Shown: piece after piece, positions 34,811 through 46,300 of the stretch
Position numbering within the stretch: position 1 is the first letter of the stretch
Layout: each line of letters begins with the position of its first letter
Source of the DNA: Azolla caroliniana
Taxonomy: Eukaryota; Plantae; Polypodiophyta
DNA length: 64,000 nt
Assembly (NCBI GenBank): GCA_043228905.1
Contig: JBHGNT010000006.1
Coordinates: 496,001-560,000 of the forward strand
Direction: 5' to 3'
Translations under genes and position numbers: made by a program
The notes under the pieces: model-generated
Seen by the model: only the letters and a program-made list of their open reading frames with translations
Databases searched by the model: none
What the model was told of the DNA's origin: nothing

Positions 34811-37400
34811 CGGACAAGGGCGTAAATAGGACGGGTGATTCTACGCGTCTTCCCACACTTCCTCCTGAAATGATGGTAGTCGGGCCCGAGTGCCCACGTA
34901 AGTCCCAAGAGGAGGAAGGCGGCGGCGTGAGACCAAGAATCACCGGCGAGATGATACGGACAAGGAGCGGACGAAATCCCAAGAATCACCGGCGAGATGA
35001 TACGGACAAGGAGCGGACGAAATCCCTTGGAACCGATTCCGGAGAACTCGGCATTCGGGCCCTTACGCCCACGTGAGACCGAGGAGATGGAAGATGGTAT
35101 CGAGGAGTCCTGGTATGATGCCAGCGAAGAAGGATGCGAAATGGCTCGCGAGAAGGTCAATGAAGAGACCAGGAAATGACCCGACCGGGGACCGAACAAC
35201 GCAACACTCCGATTCGGTTGGAGCGCGATCCGGTCGTGGATTTTCCGACCAGGGCTAGAATCGGCATCAGGGTGCCGATACGGGAGAGGGTGTGGAGTGA
35301 GCCACGCTCTCAACATGTGGAGAGAGATGACCCGGGATGAGGGTCTGAGATAGAAGAGCTCGAGGAGGATCCTTCACACCAGATCTAGAGAATTCGGCAG
35401 TCGGCATCGGATCCGACGTAAGACCAAGAGACTGACGATGGCGGCGAGGGGACGAGGGTGGAAGGCAGGGATAGTTCGTTCCTATGGGTCACCTCACACC
35501 GGATCTAGAGACTTCAGCGGTCGGCATCGGATCCGAGGAAACAAGACCTAGCTACGCGGAAGACACGAGGAGAGTCGAGATGGACTCAAACAAAAGACAC
35601 CCCGAATTTCGGCAAGCAGAGAAACGAAGTTTGGTCCTATGGGATCCTCATGCTGATCCGAAAACTCCAGTTGTTCGGCCAACGTTGCAACGTGAGACCA
35701 AGAGAGAAGGTCGGTGGCGGTAGGGAACTGGACCAGGCAACACAAAGTAGCGGATCGGGAGTTGTCTAATTGCGAAACCCTTACCGACTAGTTACGGTTT
35801 CCGAGAGAGCTGGTAAGGGCAAGCACAGGCGGTGTCGGGCCGGGAAGGCACACCCAGGGCGGAACAAGAGTCGTGCAAGTGGCCATAGCGGGCCGAATCG
35901 GAGCACGACTAAGAGATGGCACACGGAGGTGCCGGGAACGCGGTAACAGGTGCACGACGGATTGCACGGATCAGAGACCGGAAATGATATACGGGCCGGA
36001 GAAGGATCCTCCACACCCGCTTCGGAGATCTCGGCGGCTCAGTCAGAGTGGCGAGGACTGGCGTGGCAAGCCAAGCCTGAGATGCCAAGCCGGTGGGGGC
36101 GAGGGGACAATGGCAAGCACAAGCCTCCGGACCGGTTGCAGCAGCGCAAGACGAAAGGAGGGCCAAGCAGGCCACTGTGGGTGTTCCTCGGATGCAGAGG
36201 ACACCAATAAGCGGAGAAAGAAGAGCGGTGGTGCCGGTACCTTACATACACTGATTCTAGAGACTCCGGCATCCGGCCTGAGAGCCGGTGTGAGACCTAG
36301 AGTGACGAACGGTGGCGGCAGCAAGGATGAAAACCGGGATGACGCAGCGATGGACTGAGGCCAAGCGGGCCACTTTGGGTGCTCCTCAAGTAGAGGACAC
36401 CGAACTTACAGCGGAGAGCGGAGAGCGGAGCGTGCATTTGGCCAAACGAAGGGCCGACAACAAAGCACGTGTATTCCGGGATCGCGGCGAGCGACCTATC
36501 AACGGGTCGAACGAGCCTACGAGGAGGCAAGTGCGAGGAAGAACCAGAGCCGACAGTTCAAACCCGGCAGCAATCGACGCGGCAAGCCGGGATGTGGACG
36601 TGCAGTTTGGTGGGGGCGGATGTCGTGAAGTTTCCGGCACATACTGAAAAACCGAGAGATATTGGAGGGATTGGCAAGGTGCAACGTGTGCACCCATCCT
36701 CATAAAAACGTGTGAATAGTAGGATTCAAGTCGAGACAGAGAATCCCATGTAAGTTGGGATTTATCCCACATTGTAACGCATCCCTCTCCTTGTTCTATG
36801 AAAGGAAGGGATGGTCCCTTGTAGAGGGGTTGCCCATTTTGAGTTAGGAAGGGTATACCACGTAGGTCTAGGGTTTGGTAGTTTTCTTGGTCTTCATCTC
36901 ATTCTTATTCTTAGGGTTTCTACTTTGGTCTTCACCCTATTCTGTTTAGGGTTTCTTCTTAGTTTTCTTCTGCTTCTTCTTCCCCTTCATGTTTGTTTAG
37001 GGTTTGCTTCTGCTCGGTCTCCTGTGCAAGACCCCGCTTGGCGGGACAAACTCGTGAGCTCCCCGATCGACGGCTTGGCAGCAGGCTGCTGTTGTAACCA
37101 ACCTCGGTCCGGCCCGAAGCAGGGGTTGTATCTTTTCCTGTAATATATATATATTCGTGTTTTTTTTGTGCATAATGGTGTCTCTGATGGTGTCGGGTGC
37201 ATAGCTCCACTCCTTTGTTTCCTATACATAAGAGTCGGTGTTGCGCGCACGCTCTCCCTCTCCTTTGTCTCTCTCTCTCCCTCTCATGTTCGGTTGCTTC
37301 CGGGACGCGTCCGGAATCGTCTTCTCGGCATCCCTTCCTCTCTCGTCCGAGACCCCCGTGGTCCCACCCCTTCAATACACACGCGCGTAATAACGCGACA
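34811..37400 (+). mobile_element. Family F internal region without recognisable domains, plus PPT and complete 3' LTR 36621-37400
   Basis: PPT tttggtgggggcgga; TGTCGTG...CGCGACA; 46-bp tandem duplication at 34933-35026. Confidence 0.7.
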
Positions 37401-39080
37401 ACGGGTTGAAGCAAGCACCTTGGCAATGGTACCAAAATTCGAATCCTCCATGGTGGATCACGGTTTCAACAAGACACAAGCTAATCATTGCGTCTTTATA
37501 AAGAATTATGATGGAGGAAACTTTCTCATCCTCTTGTTGTATGTTGATGACATGTTGATTGTAGGACAGGGCCCGAGGAAAATCAGAAGTTTGAAGAAGG
37601 CCTTGAGTAGGTTGTTCGCAATGAAGGATATGGGTTCGACTAAGCAAATCCTGGGGATGGACATTGTCCAGGACTGGACAAAGAAATTGTTGTGGCTGTT
37701 ACAAGAGAAGTACGTGACAAAGCTACTCCAAAGATTCGGGATGGAAAACGTGAAACGTGTCGATTCGATACTCTCGATGAACAATAAGCTGAGCAAAAAC
37801 CAATGTCCGAAGATGAAAGCGGAGAAAGTTGAGATGATAAAGATCCCCTATGCCTTAGTAGTCGAAAGCCTAATGTATGCAATGGTATGTACTGGGCCAA
37901 ACATTGGATATGCACTCGGCGTCGTCAGCCGATTCATATGAGCAACCCTAACAAAGAACATTTGACGGCAGTCAAATGAAATCTTCAGTACCTGAGAGGC
38001 ACCTCGAGCATGTGTCTTTGATTTGGCTCAAGTAACCCCACATTGGAAGGTTTTACCGATTCAGACATGTCGGCTGATGTGGATACTAGTCGATCCACGT
38101 CCGGATATGTAATGACTTATGCAGGGGGAGTTGTCTCGTGGCAGTCGAGGCTACAGAGGTCGTGGCGCTGCCAACCATGGAAGCCGAGTATATGGCCGCA
38201 GCGTAAGCCCGCAAAGAAATCATATGGGTGAAGGAGTTTATCAGAGAGTTGGGAATTTGGCAAGATGAATTCCGACTCTACTACAACAACTAGAGTGTTA
38301 TCCACCTTGCGAAGAATATTGCCTAGCACTCAAGGACCAAGCATATCCAGAGGAGATACCATTGGCTCTGGGAGTGGGTAGAAGAGAAAGAGTTTTCTCT
38401 AGTGAAAGTGCACACAACTGAAAACGGATCAAACATGCTAATGAGGGTGATGTCGGCCGAGAAGTTGAATGCCTACCAACAAAGAGTTGGATTGACAAAG
38501 TAACCCATGCTAGAGTGATGGGGGAGTTTGTTGGGAAAATAGGTCCCTCTAGATGGGAGGAGCTGAATGGAATACAATCGATAGGTAAACTTGATCGAGG
38601 CCGAAAATCGACTTATCAATAATCAGTAATCGACTCGGCTAGTAGCCGAATTGGGAGACTATATTTGTAAATAGTGTTAATGGGCCATATTTGTAAATAG
38701 CCCTGAATGTTGTATTAGTATAAATATAGTTAGGGCAAGTAGTTAGATGTGTAGTTGATCATTGTTCATATAGTTAGAGAAGGGTGTTGCCCCTCTAACT
38801 GTGAAGAGAGAGAGTGTGAGTGTAACTCTGTAGCTATTAGTAGACGAAGAAGAGTTCAAGGTTGTTGCCTTAAATCCTCTTGTTGTACTCCTCCCCTTAT
38901 ACTAATTTGTTTTGGAGTTTGTGGACTCCACGTGGTTTTTCCCATTCGAGTTTTCCACGTTAAAAATACTCGTGTCTCTTTGAGTTTCCGTTTATTGTTG
39001 TCTGTCTATGTACCGTTTTCGATCTTTGCACCTTGCATACGAATACAATTAATAGGTTACTCGCGGTCACGATCCTAACA
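37401..39080 (+). mobile_element. 3' part of a family-A-like Copia (RT, RNase H, PPT, 3' LTR 38529-39080)
   Basis: LLLYVDDMLIVG, GFTDSDM...STSGY; colinear with 7810-8900. Confidence 0.88.
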
Positions 39081-41772
39081 AATGAGTCAACTATACATAA
39101 GATGACCAAAAGGACTATTGAAGTCCGAAGGGTAACTTTTCCCGAAGTGTTGGCCCTTCATGACGGCCCAACTCATAACACGAGGTCAGCGTCACGGGTA
39201 GCCAAATCCTCTAGCATCGAATCAGCTCTGACTGATTTGGCACAGCCGAACGTTTTGGCTCTGAACCATTCGACCCAGACACCCAATCAGGCTAGCCCAA
39301 TCATACGAAGGAGATCTGAGAGACTGTAGCAGCCTCCGGAGATGTACTCTCGTGGAATCTTCTTCATGGATGTTGGCAAGCTAATGTCATATGAAGAAGC
39401 ATCGGCATCTTCCGAGTTTACCAGATGGCACCTAACGATGGAGTTAGAGATGAACTCCATTCCATAAAATCATACTTGGGACTTGGTCAAACTACCAAAA
39501 AATCAATGTGTTCTTCCATGCAAGTGTGTCTATAGACTAAAAGAGAAATCTGATTTGGCCACCCCAAAATTCAAGGCCAGACTAGTAGCAAAAGGGTTTC
39601 GACAAGAAAGTGATGTCGACATCAACAAAATCTTTTCAACAGTGCTAAAACTAATAACCTGACGGGAACCCAACGTTCCTTATGCACAACGCTCGGCCAC
39701 AACCGAGCTTAGAATGATACACAGAAAAAACGGGAAATAAAACACGACACAAAGAGGAGGAAGATACACAGGAGGTTTACGTGGAAAACCCCAAACTAGG
39801 GGAAAAAACCATGGCAGCCCACAGGCTGCAAACTGTCACTATGTAAGAATGTACAACAGTGAGTTCACTAAGGCAACGACCTCGTGCTCACAGATCTTCG
39901 CCACAGGCGGCGGTTACAACAGAGGCAACGACCTCTTTCTCTCTCTCTCTCTCTCTGTACAGTTACGCACACTAATCTCGTGCAAAACAGAAAATGACAA
40001 CAACTCTCTTTCTAAAAGTTTGCCCTAAGTCATATTTATACTAATAGGAGTTTTCGGCTATTTACAAATTTAGCCTCGATGGGCTCTCAGAAAACATATT
40101 TACGAATATGTCTCTTCATCCGGCTCATACCGGGCCTGCACCATCCGGCTCTCCGTTGCCGGGTCCTCCTCATCCGGTTTCGGCCTCGGCCTATCGGCCT
40201 CAGCCGAGTTTGTTCATCGGCACTGATCTTCTCCCTTCCCATCCGGAGGGACCTGTCTCCCAACACAACCCTACACTTTATGCTCGGCGTCGTGGCAGCC
40301 GAGAACATGGATTTGATTTAGCTATATTTAAAAATGGCATTCCTTCATGGTGACCTAGAGGAGGAAATTTATATGGAGCAGCCGAAAGGCTTCGTGGTAT
40401 TAGGTTAGGAACATCTAGTCTCCCGACTCATGAATAGTCTATATAGCCTGAAGCAAGCACCACTGCAGTGGTACAAGAAGTTTGATGACTTCATCCAAAC
40501 GGTTGGCTTCTTAAAGAACGATGAGGACCACTACCTGCCTCTTTACCAAAACAGCTCAAGCTGGATCACCCATCCTCCTCCTCATTTACGTGGACAACAT
40601 AGTACTCTTCGGCTAGCCGGAGAGCTCGCTGAACTTGTTCAACAATTGCAGTTGAAGTTCGCCATGAAGAACCCTGGTCCGGCGAGACAGATTCTCGGGA
40701 TGAAGATTTTTCAGCTTCGGAATCAGCGACAATTGTTCCTGTCACAAGCTAACTACGTGGCTTGTGTCCTTGAACGCTTCAACATGCAGTCGGCCAAATC
40801 TGCTTCAACCCAGCTCCAAATTAGTCTTCGGATGTCTCAATGAGACTGCCTGACATCTGGGCTTATGGCTCGGTCGGCTAGTGCACACGTTTCGACAAGT
40901 CAACTCCGACTCGACTCCAATTAGGTATAGCAACAGTCAGGGTGTTGTCGCTTAATCAAGAAATATGGTTCAACACGACGCATTGAAGCATATAGACATG
41001 AGATATCACTTCATTTAGGACTTTGTCATTTTAGGGAAAATCAACTTCAAAAAGATATCTACAATCGATAATGTTGCAAATGGGATGACCAAGTGTCTTC
41101 CAGTTGATCAATTCCAATCCCTTCAGCACTAAATGGGCGTAACGAAGAATCAATCTGATTGAGTTGAACATTTAGGATGGTTTCGGATTATCGGCAATCA
41201 ACATAGCCAACTAGACTTTAGACTCTCCAATCGGGATTCCCTTTCGGACTAGTTCATTCGGCTTTAGCTCTTCCAGCCTCAGCTGACCCGGCCATGTCCT
41301 AGATGTTGTTGATTCGAACAAAAGCTTACTAGTCTTGTTCGACAACCTTTTGTATACATCTGTATTTTCTGTTTATTCTCTTGATTACAAATTTTTGTGT
41401 ATACGCCCATTATGCGGGAGTGTCGAATATGGGAAATAATGGACGTATTCACACTGTCCTATTTGGACATACTAGGTTTTAGGCTATTTATGTAAATAGT
41501 GGAAAGGGCATTTGACCTAAGTCAGTTGGTATTTAAACTAACTCTTGTAACCTGGTTGCTATTGTTCATGTTGTAATGTGCCATTGTAACATTGGGCATA
41601 ATAATACAGTTACATTGTCTTGTGCCTACTTTGGTGCCTCTCTATCTTTCTTGTTGATCTTGTCTTATGATTCATTTTTCTTGTGTTAACAATTTGCTCC
41701 TTTGTATCATCTCAAGATCTTCAACTCTAAGTGCGATGAGTTGGTTCCGCATCCTAACGGCCACCTACAACA
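39081..41772 (+). mobile_element. 3' part of Copia family C (deleted RT, RNase H, 3' LTR 41421-41772)
   Basis: KARLVAKG and SLYSLKQAP.QWY remnants; RNase H and LTR colinear with 4217-10543. Confidence 0.78.
39660..40265 (-). mobile_element. Copia solo LTR (family-A-related)
   Basis: Minus strand TGTTGGGAGACAGGTCCCTCCGGATGGG...CGTCA; TSD taacc/caacc; host RT frame resumes across it. Confidence 0.8.
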
Positions 41773-41824
41773 CCCATGACCACCTGGTCTCCATTGGAGA
41801 ACTTTACCAACAAAGCTACATCCA

Positions 41825-41857
<33 letters not shown>
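41773..41857 (-). repeat. Remaining half of the tRNA-derived unit split at 25550
   Basis: cccatgaccacctggtctccattgg...agctacatcc(ct)n continues from ...aggggttgaa at 25549. Confidence 0.75.
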
Positions 41858-41859
<2 letters not shown>

Positions 41860-43362
41860 CAAAAGCACATAATCATATTAATTGTATGTAAAAAATCCAC
41901 AGTTCCAACATTTCTTAGTCTCCTCTACCTATCTATCCTATGTAGGGAGAGGGACGTCCTGTAATGCCATTAGAAAACCTGAATATGCATTTGAGAAAAT
42001 TTTCCCCACATGCTCTAACATCCAGAAATTCCACATAAGAATACCTTTCAACGTCTTCATATAGACTTTCACCCCATGTTTACTATCAAACATGAAAGCA
42101 TTACTGTTAAGAATTAGGTAATTAACTACGGTTTAATTAGTACCTAATTATGTGATTAAGCATCGAAAGATTATGTGATGTGTGTGTATGTATGTGAGAG
42201 TGTGAGAAGAAGAGAGAAAGAACACTTATGAACAACGAGACAAGATTGGGGATGATTAACTATATTAAAAAGCATCATCTAATACAAAAATACCCACAAT
42301 GAGGTATATATACATCTCATGTGCAAAGGTGTACATGTGTGAGTAGAATATAGGTACAAAGGTGCAAGTCCTATATTAAATGAACATGGGAGTGGAGGAT
42401 CTACAATGTATCCCACTCAAGTACAAAATCCTACTTAAGGCTTTAAGGTCAACATACTAACTAGATTCTATCTAAGTAACTACTAAGTTACGTGCATTGA
42501 CTCAACGAGTAAACTAAGTTGAGCTCGATATCTCAACACGCTCCCTCAAGCTCAAGTGTGAGACGTCTAACATCCGGTTTTGCTTTCACCATTGTCCAGC
42601 TTTCGATGTCGGCTTCTGTTCCGCTTTCGACATCGACAATTTCGTGGCAGTTTCAGTTCCTCCCCCTCCAGCCTCTAACGAAGGCTTGGGTTGATTGCTT
42701 TCACCCATCGTGGTTCACGAGGCAGTTCTATACAGCTCTTGGGCTCTTGTTCGGCGGCTACCTTTATCGCGAAGGTATAATGATGGGTCATGTACTCATT
42801 GTAACCGAGTCGAGTGACGGGGTTCTTCTCTCGAGATGAGTGTTGAAGTTTTTCGGTCGCCGATGTGAGCACCTTATGTACTCCAGGTGTCTGCATGATG
42901 GGTACACCAAACTCATTGTCCAGTGAGGGAGCCGACACATCCGAATCACTGTCATCGGGGTGATCGACTTCGTATTCAGGCATTTGACCTTTGCCTTTGT
43001 CCAAGTTCGTACTTGGCCGCGACGTGATTGGAATGCTTGAAGGCTCGGGTGGGCTCGGATTGTCCTTTGGTAGAGGACTTGTCTAAATATCGTCCTCCGA
43101 GTTGACGTTCAACTCTTCCTCAGTTGGGTTAGGTGGAACCGAATCGAGCTTATACCATGATGCCGATTCGTAGAAGACTGCGTCTCGACTCACCTGAACC
43201 GCTCGAGTTGAAGGGTTATAGCACGTGTATGCCTTCTTCTCAAATGAGTATCCTACGAGCATACATTTCTCAGATTTCGTGTCGGGCTTCTGTCGTTGTT
43301 CGTTCAAGCTGCGTACATTTGCAATGCTTCCGAACACTTTGAGGTGCGACAGGATCGGCTTT

Positions 43363-46300
43363 TGTTGAGCAGACAAGCTCAACCGGATCCGGATCGGCTG
43401 AATAAGCTGGACCCGGATCGGTATCCGGAACGAAGAACCAGATAGGTATCTGGATTTGTTTCCAGAACCAAGAGTCGGATCGGATTGTAACCAGTAGGTT
43501 GTTAGACGTCTACAATCTGAGCCTAGTATGTAAGCATATTCCTTGGAGTTAGTGTCAGTCGCTCGTATGAGCATTGAAGTACTTGTTAGTACTTCAGTCA
43601 GTCCTTTTAAGAACTTATATAAAAAGTGTTCTGTAGGACATTTGTATGTACATAGTGTTATTATTTTGAATAGATTTTATGTTGTTTTTCTCTCTCTGTC
43701 TCTCCCACTCTCTATTTGTGTAATTCAAGCTTCCATTAAACCTGTGTGTATTTTTTGTTGTTATCTGGGTAAACCGGTTTGTCAAAGCTTTTGCATATAA
43801 ACTTTGACATGGTATTAGAGCGCGAGGGTTGAGAACCTCTGTTGTCGACAATTGCTCAAAACAGACAAACCCTAATCATCGGTAATGAATAGAAGAATGA
43901 AAGGAAGATATGGACAAAAGTATGGCGAGCTCGCTTCCTACAGAAAAGCTCGACCGGAGCAACTATGCATCCTATTTGTATAAAATGCATCAGTACATGT
44001 TGGGGCATGGATACTGGAGCTACGTGGAAGGAGCAAATGAAGCAACGCCGGATTCGTCACACAAGGACTTCCTGGCATGGGAGCAGGGAGCGAGTAGAGT
44101 GTTGTACTGCCTCGCGTCTTGTGTGCACTACCGGATGCTCGGCTACATAAGAGACACAAGGTCATCGAAGGAGGCCTGGGAAAATCTCCGGAAGATTTTC
44201 GCCGCAAGTATCACGACTTGGAAGTTGCGGCTCCTACAAGAGTTGAACAGTATCTAGCAACAGGACATGTCGGTTACCAACTACACCACCAAGTTCAAGG
44301 AGATTTGTGAATCGTTTGGTTCCATCAACATGACGGTGGACAAAGATGAGATGGTCCAGATCTGCCTCAGTGGTCTCGCACAAGGGTACGAGCCAATCCG
44401 GATGGCGATTTGCACCTGGGAGAAACCATTGTCCTTCTTCAACCTGCAATCGGTGTTGATGGTTGAAGAAAACCACACGACTGGGTCAAGGACCATTCAA
44501 TCGGATAGCCGGATGCTATACATTGAGGTGAATCGGCCCCGTGGACGTGAAGGACGAGGTGGGTCGGCATGCAATAGCAGCGCCCAGCAAGACTAGAATC
44601 GGAGGCATGGAGATAATCCCAATAGAAGTTTCCGACCCTCCACAGCAACCGATTCTACTCTTGTCAGCATTCTGTGTCAGATAATACCAGCAGGGGGAGT
44701 CAAGGAGGGGCCGGAAACCGGAAATCGAAAGCCGACACATAATGCTAGTATTGTGGCAAGAAAGGCCACCGACAGAGCGAGTGCTGGAAGAAGCGCGCCG
44801 ATCCGGATAAATCCGGATCCGGCAAGATCGGACAAGGGAGCCACAAACCTCACACTACGTTGAAGGATCAGAAGGATCCGGGATCGGAAAGACCGGAAAA
44901 GGGCCATCCTTTGTGATGAAGCACAAGGCAAACTCGATGAAGAAGACCACTTCCAGATCAGGGGAACTGTGGTACGTTGACTCCGAAGCATCTAACCACA
45001 TGACGAGCCACGAAGAGTGGGTCTCGTTTCTGGAAAAGCCGGAGCAACCGGGAGTTGTCAAAACCGGAGACGACACTCCTCACCCGATAGTGCATGTCGG
45101 ACAACAAGGGAAGCTTGTGAATGTGCTTCACGTCCCAACAATCACAAAGAACCTAGTGTCGGTCGGGCAGATCGTCGACTAGAGGATGCAGGTGCGATTT
45201 ACGCATCTTGGGTGCTTCATTGAGGAAGAGAGTCAGATCATCGCGCAAGGGCGCAGGGACGAGAGGATGTTTATCCTCAACACCAATGACGTTGGCACCG
45301 CTTTGTTCGCAAAAGGACAGAAAGTCAACTCAGATATTGACTTGTGGCATAAGCAGATCAGCCACATCAATCGAAATAGGTTGTTTTCAAATTGCCTAAA
45401 TTTAGTGGCTGGAAGGCCGAGATATGTAAAGCCTGCCAGCTCGGCAAGCAACACCGGCTTCCATCCGCACCAAAAGAAACTGGAGTTGTAACAAGCTCGA
45501 CTTGATACATTCGGATGTATGGGGACCGACACAGAACGTTGTCGGGTCCTTTCGATCTGGATCGTTGCGTGAGTCGGGTGGGAACCGCTGAGGTTTTGGA
45601 CTAGGAGAAAGAAGAATATGAGATAAGGTTTGTTACAAATAGATTGCAAGATGAAGATATGAAACTCATGAATCCCACGAGTATAGTGTATTAATTGATA
45701 CTTAGATTGTAAGAGAGAAATAGATGGCAAATTCGTAAATCCCACGAATATTTTATATTAATCCACCCTTATAAAAAATCAACAACCCCTATACATCTTT
45801 CTCTCTTCCTTATATAGTGATGGAAGAGTCTAAGTTTATCGCATGCAAGCATCATGCTTTTCTAACTTTAGTTTTCATGCACACTACATGTGCATGATTA
45901 GCTTTCTATCACATCTTTTCTTTTAACTCGAGTGTGTATGCATGAATAACTTTTTCTATCATGCATATCTAGAATATTTACATGGGATAAAGTTTAGTAT
46001 AACTTTAAAACTCATAATATGCTAGTATAGTGGTAAGGCTTAAAATCGTTAACATAGAGGTATAGGGTTCAAATCTTGCCCTATGCATGTAACATAATTA
46101 TTGTACTATTTCTCCTATTTCTTTATACTTAGTCCATCGAGTACTCCACACATATTTTACGTAGTGTACAAAGTACACTACGACAACGTTAGTCTTGGCG
46201 GGACCCGATATTTCGTCTCCTTTATCGACGACTATAGCCAGCACATGTGAATCTATCTCATCGAGAAGAAAAATGAAGTTTTCGACTGTTTCCGGAACCT

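Noticed and set aside
34777-36772. Many overlapping GC-rich ORFs
   Set aside because: Retroelement internal region; no motif, and stop-poor composition explains the ORFs.
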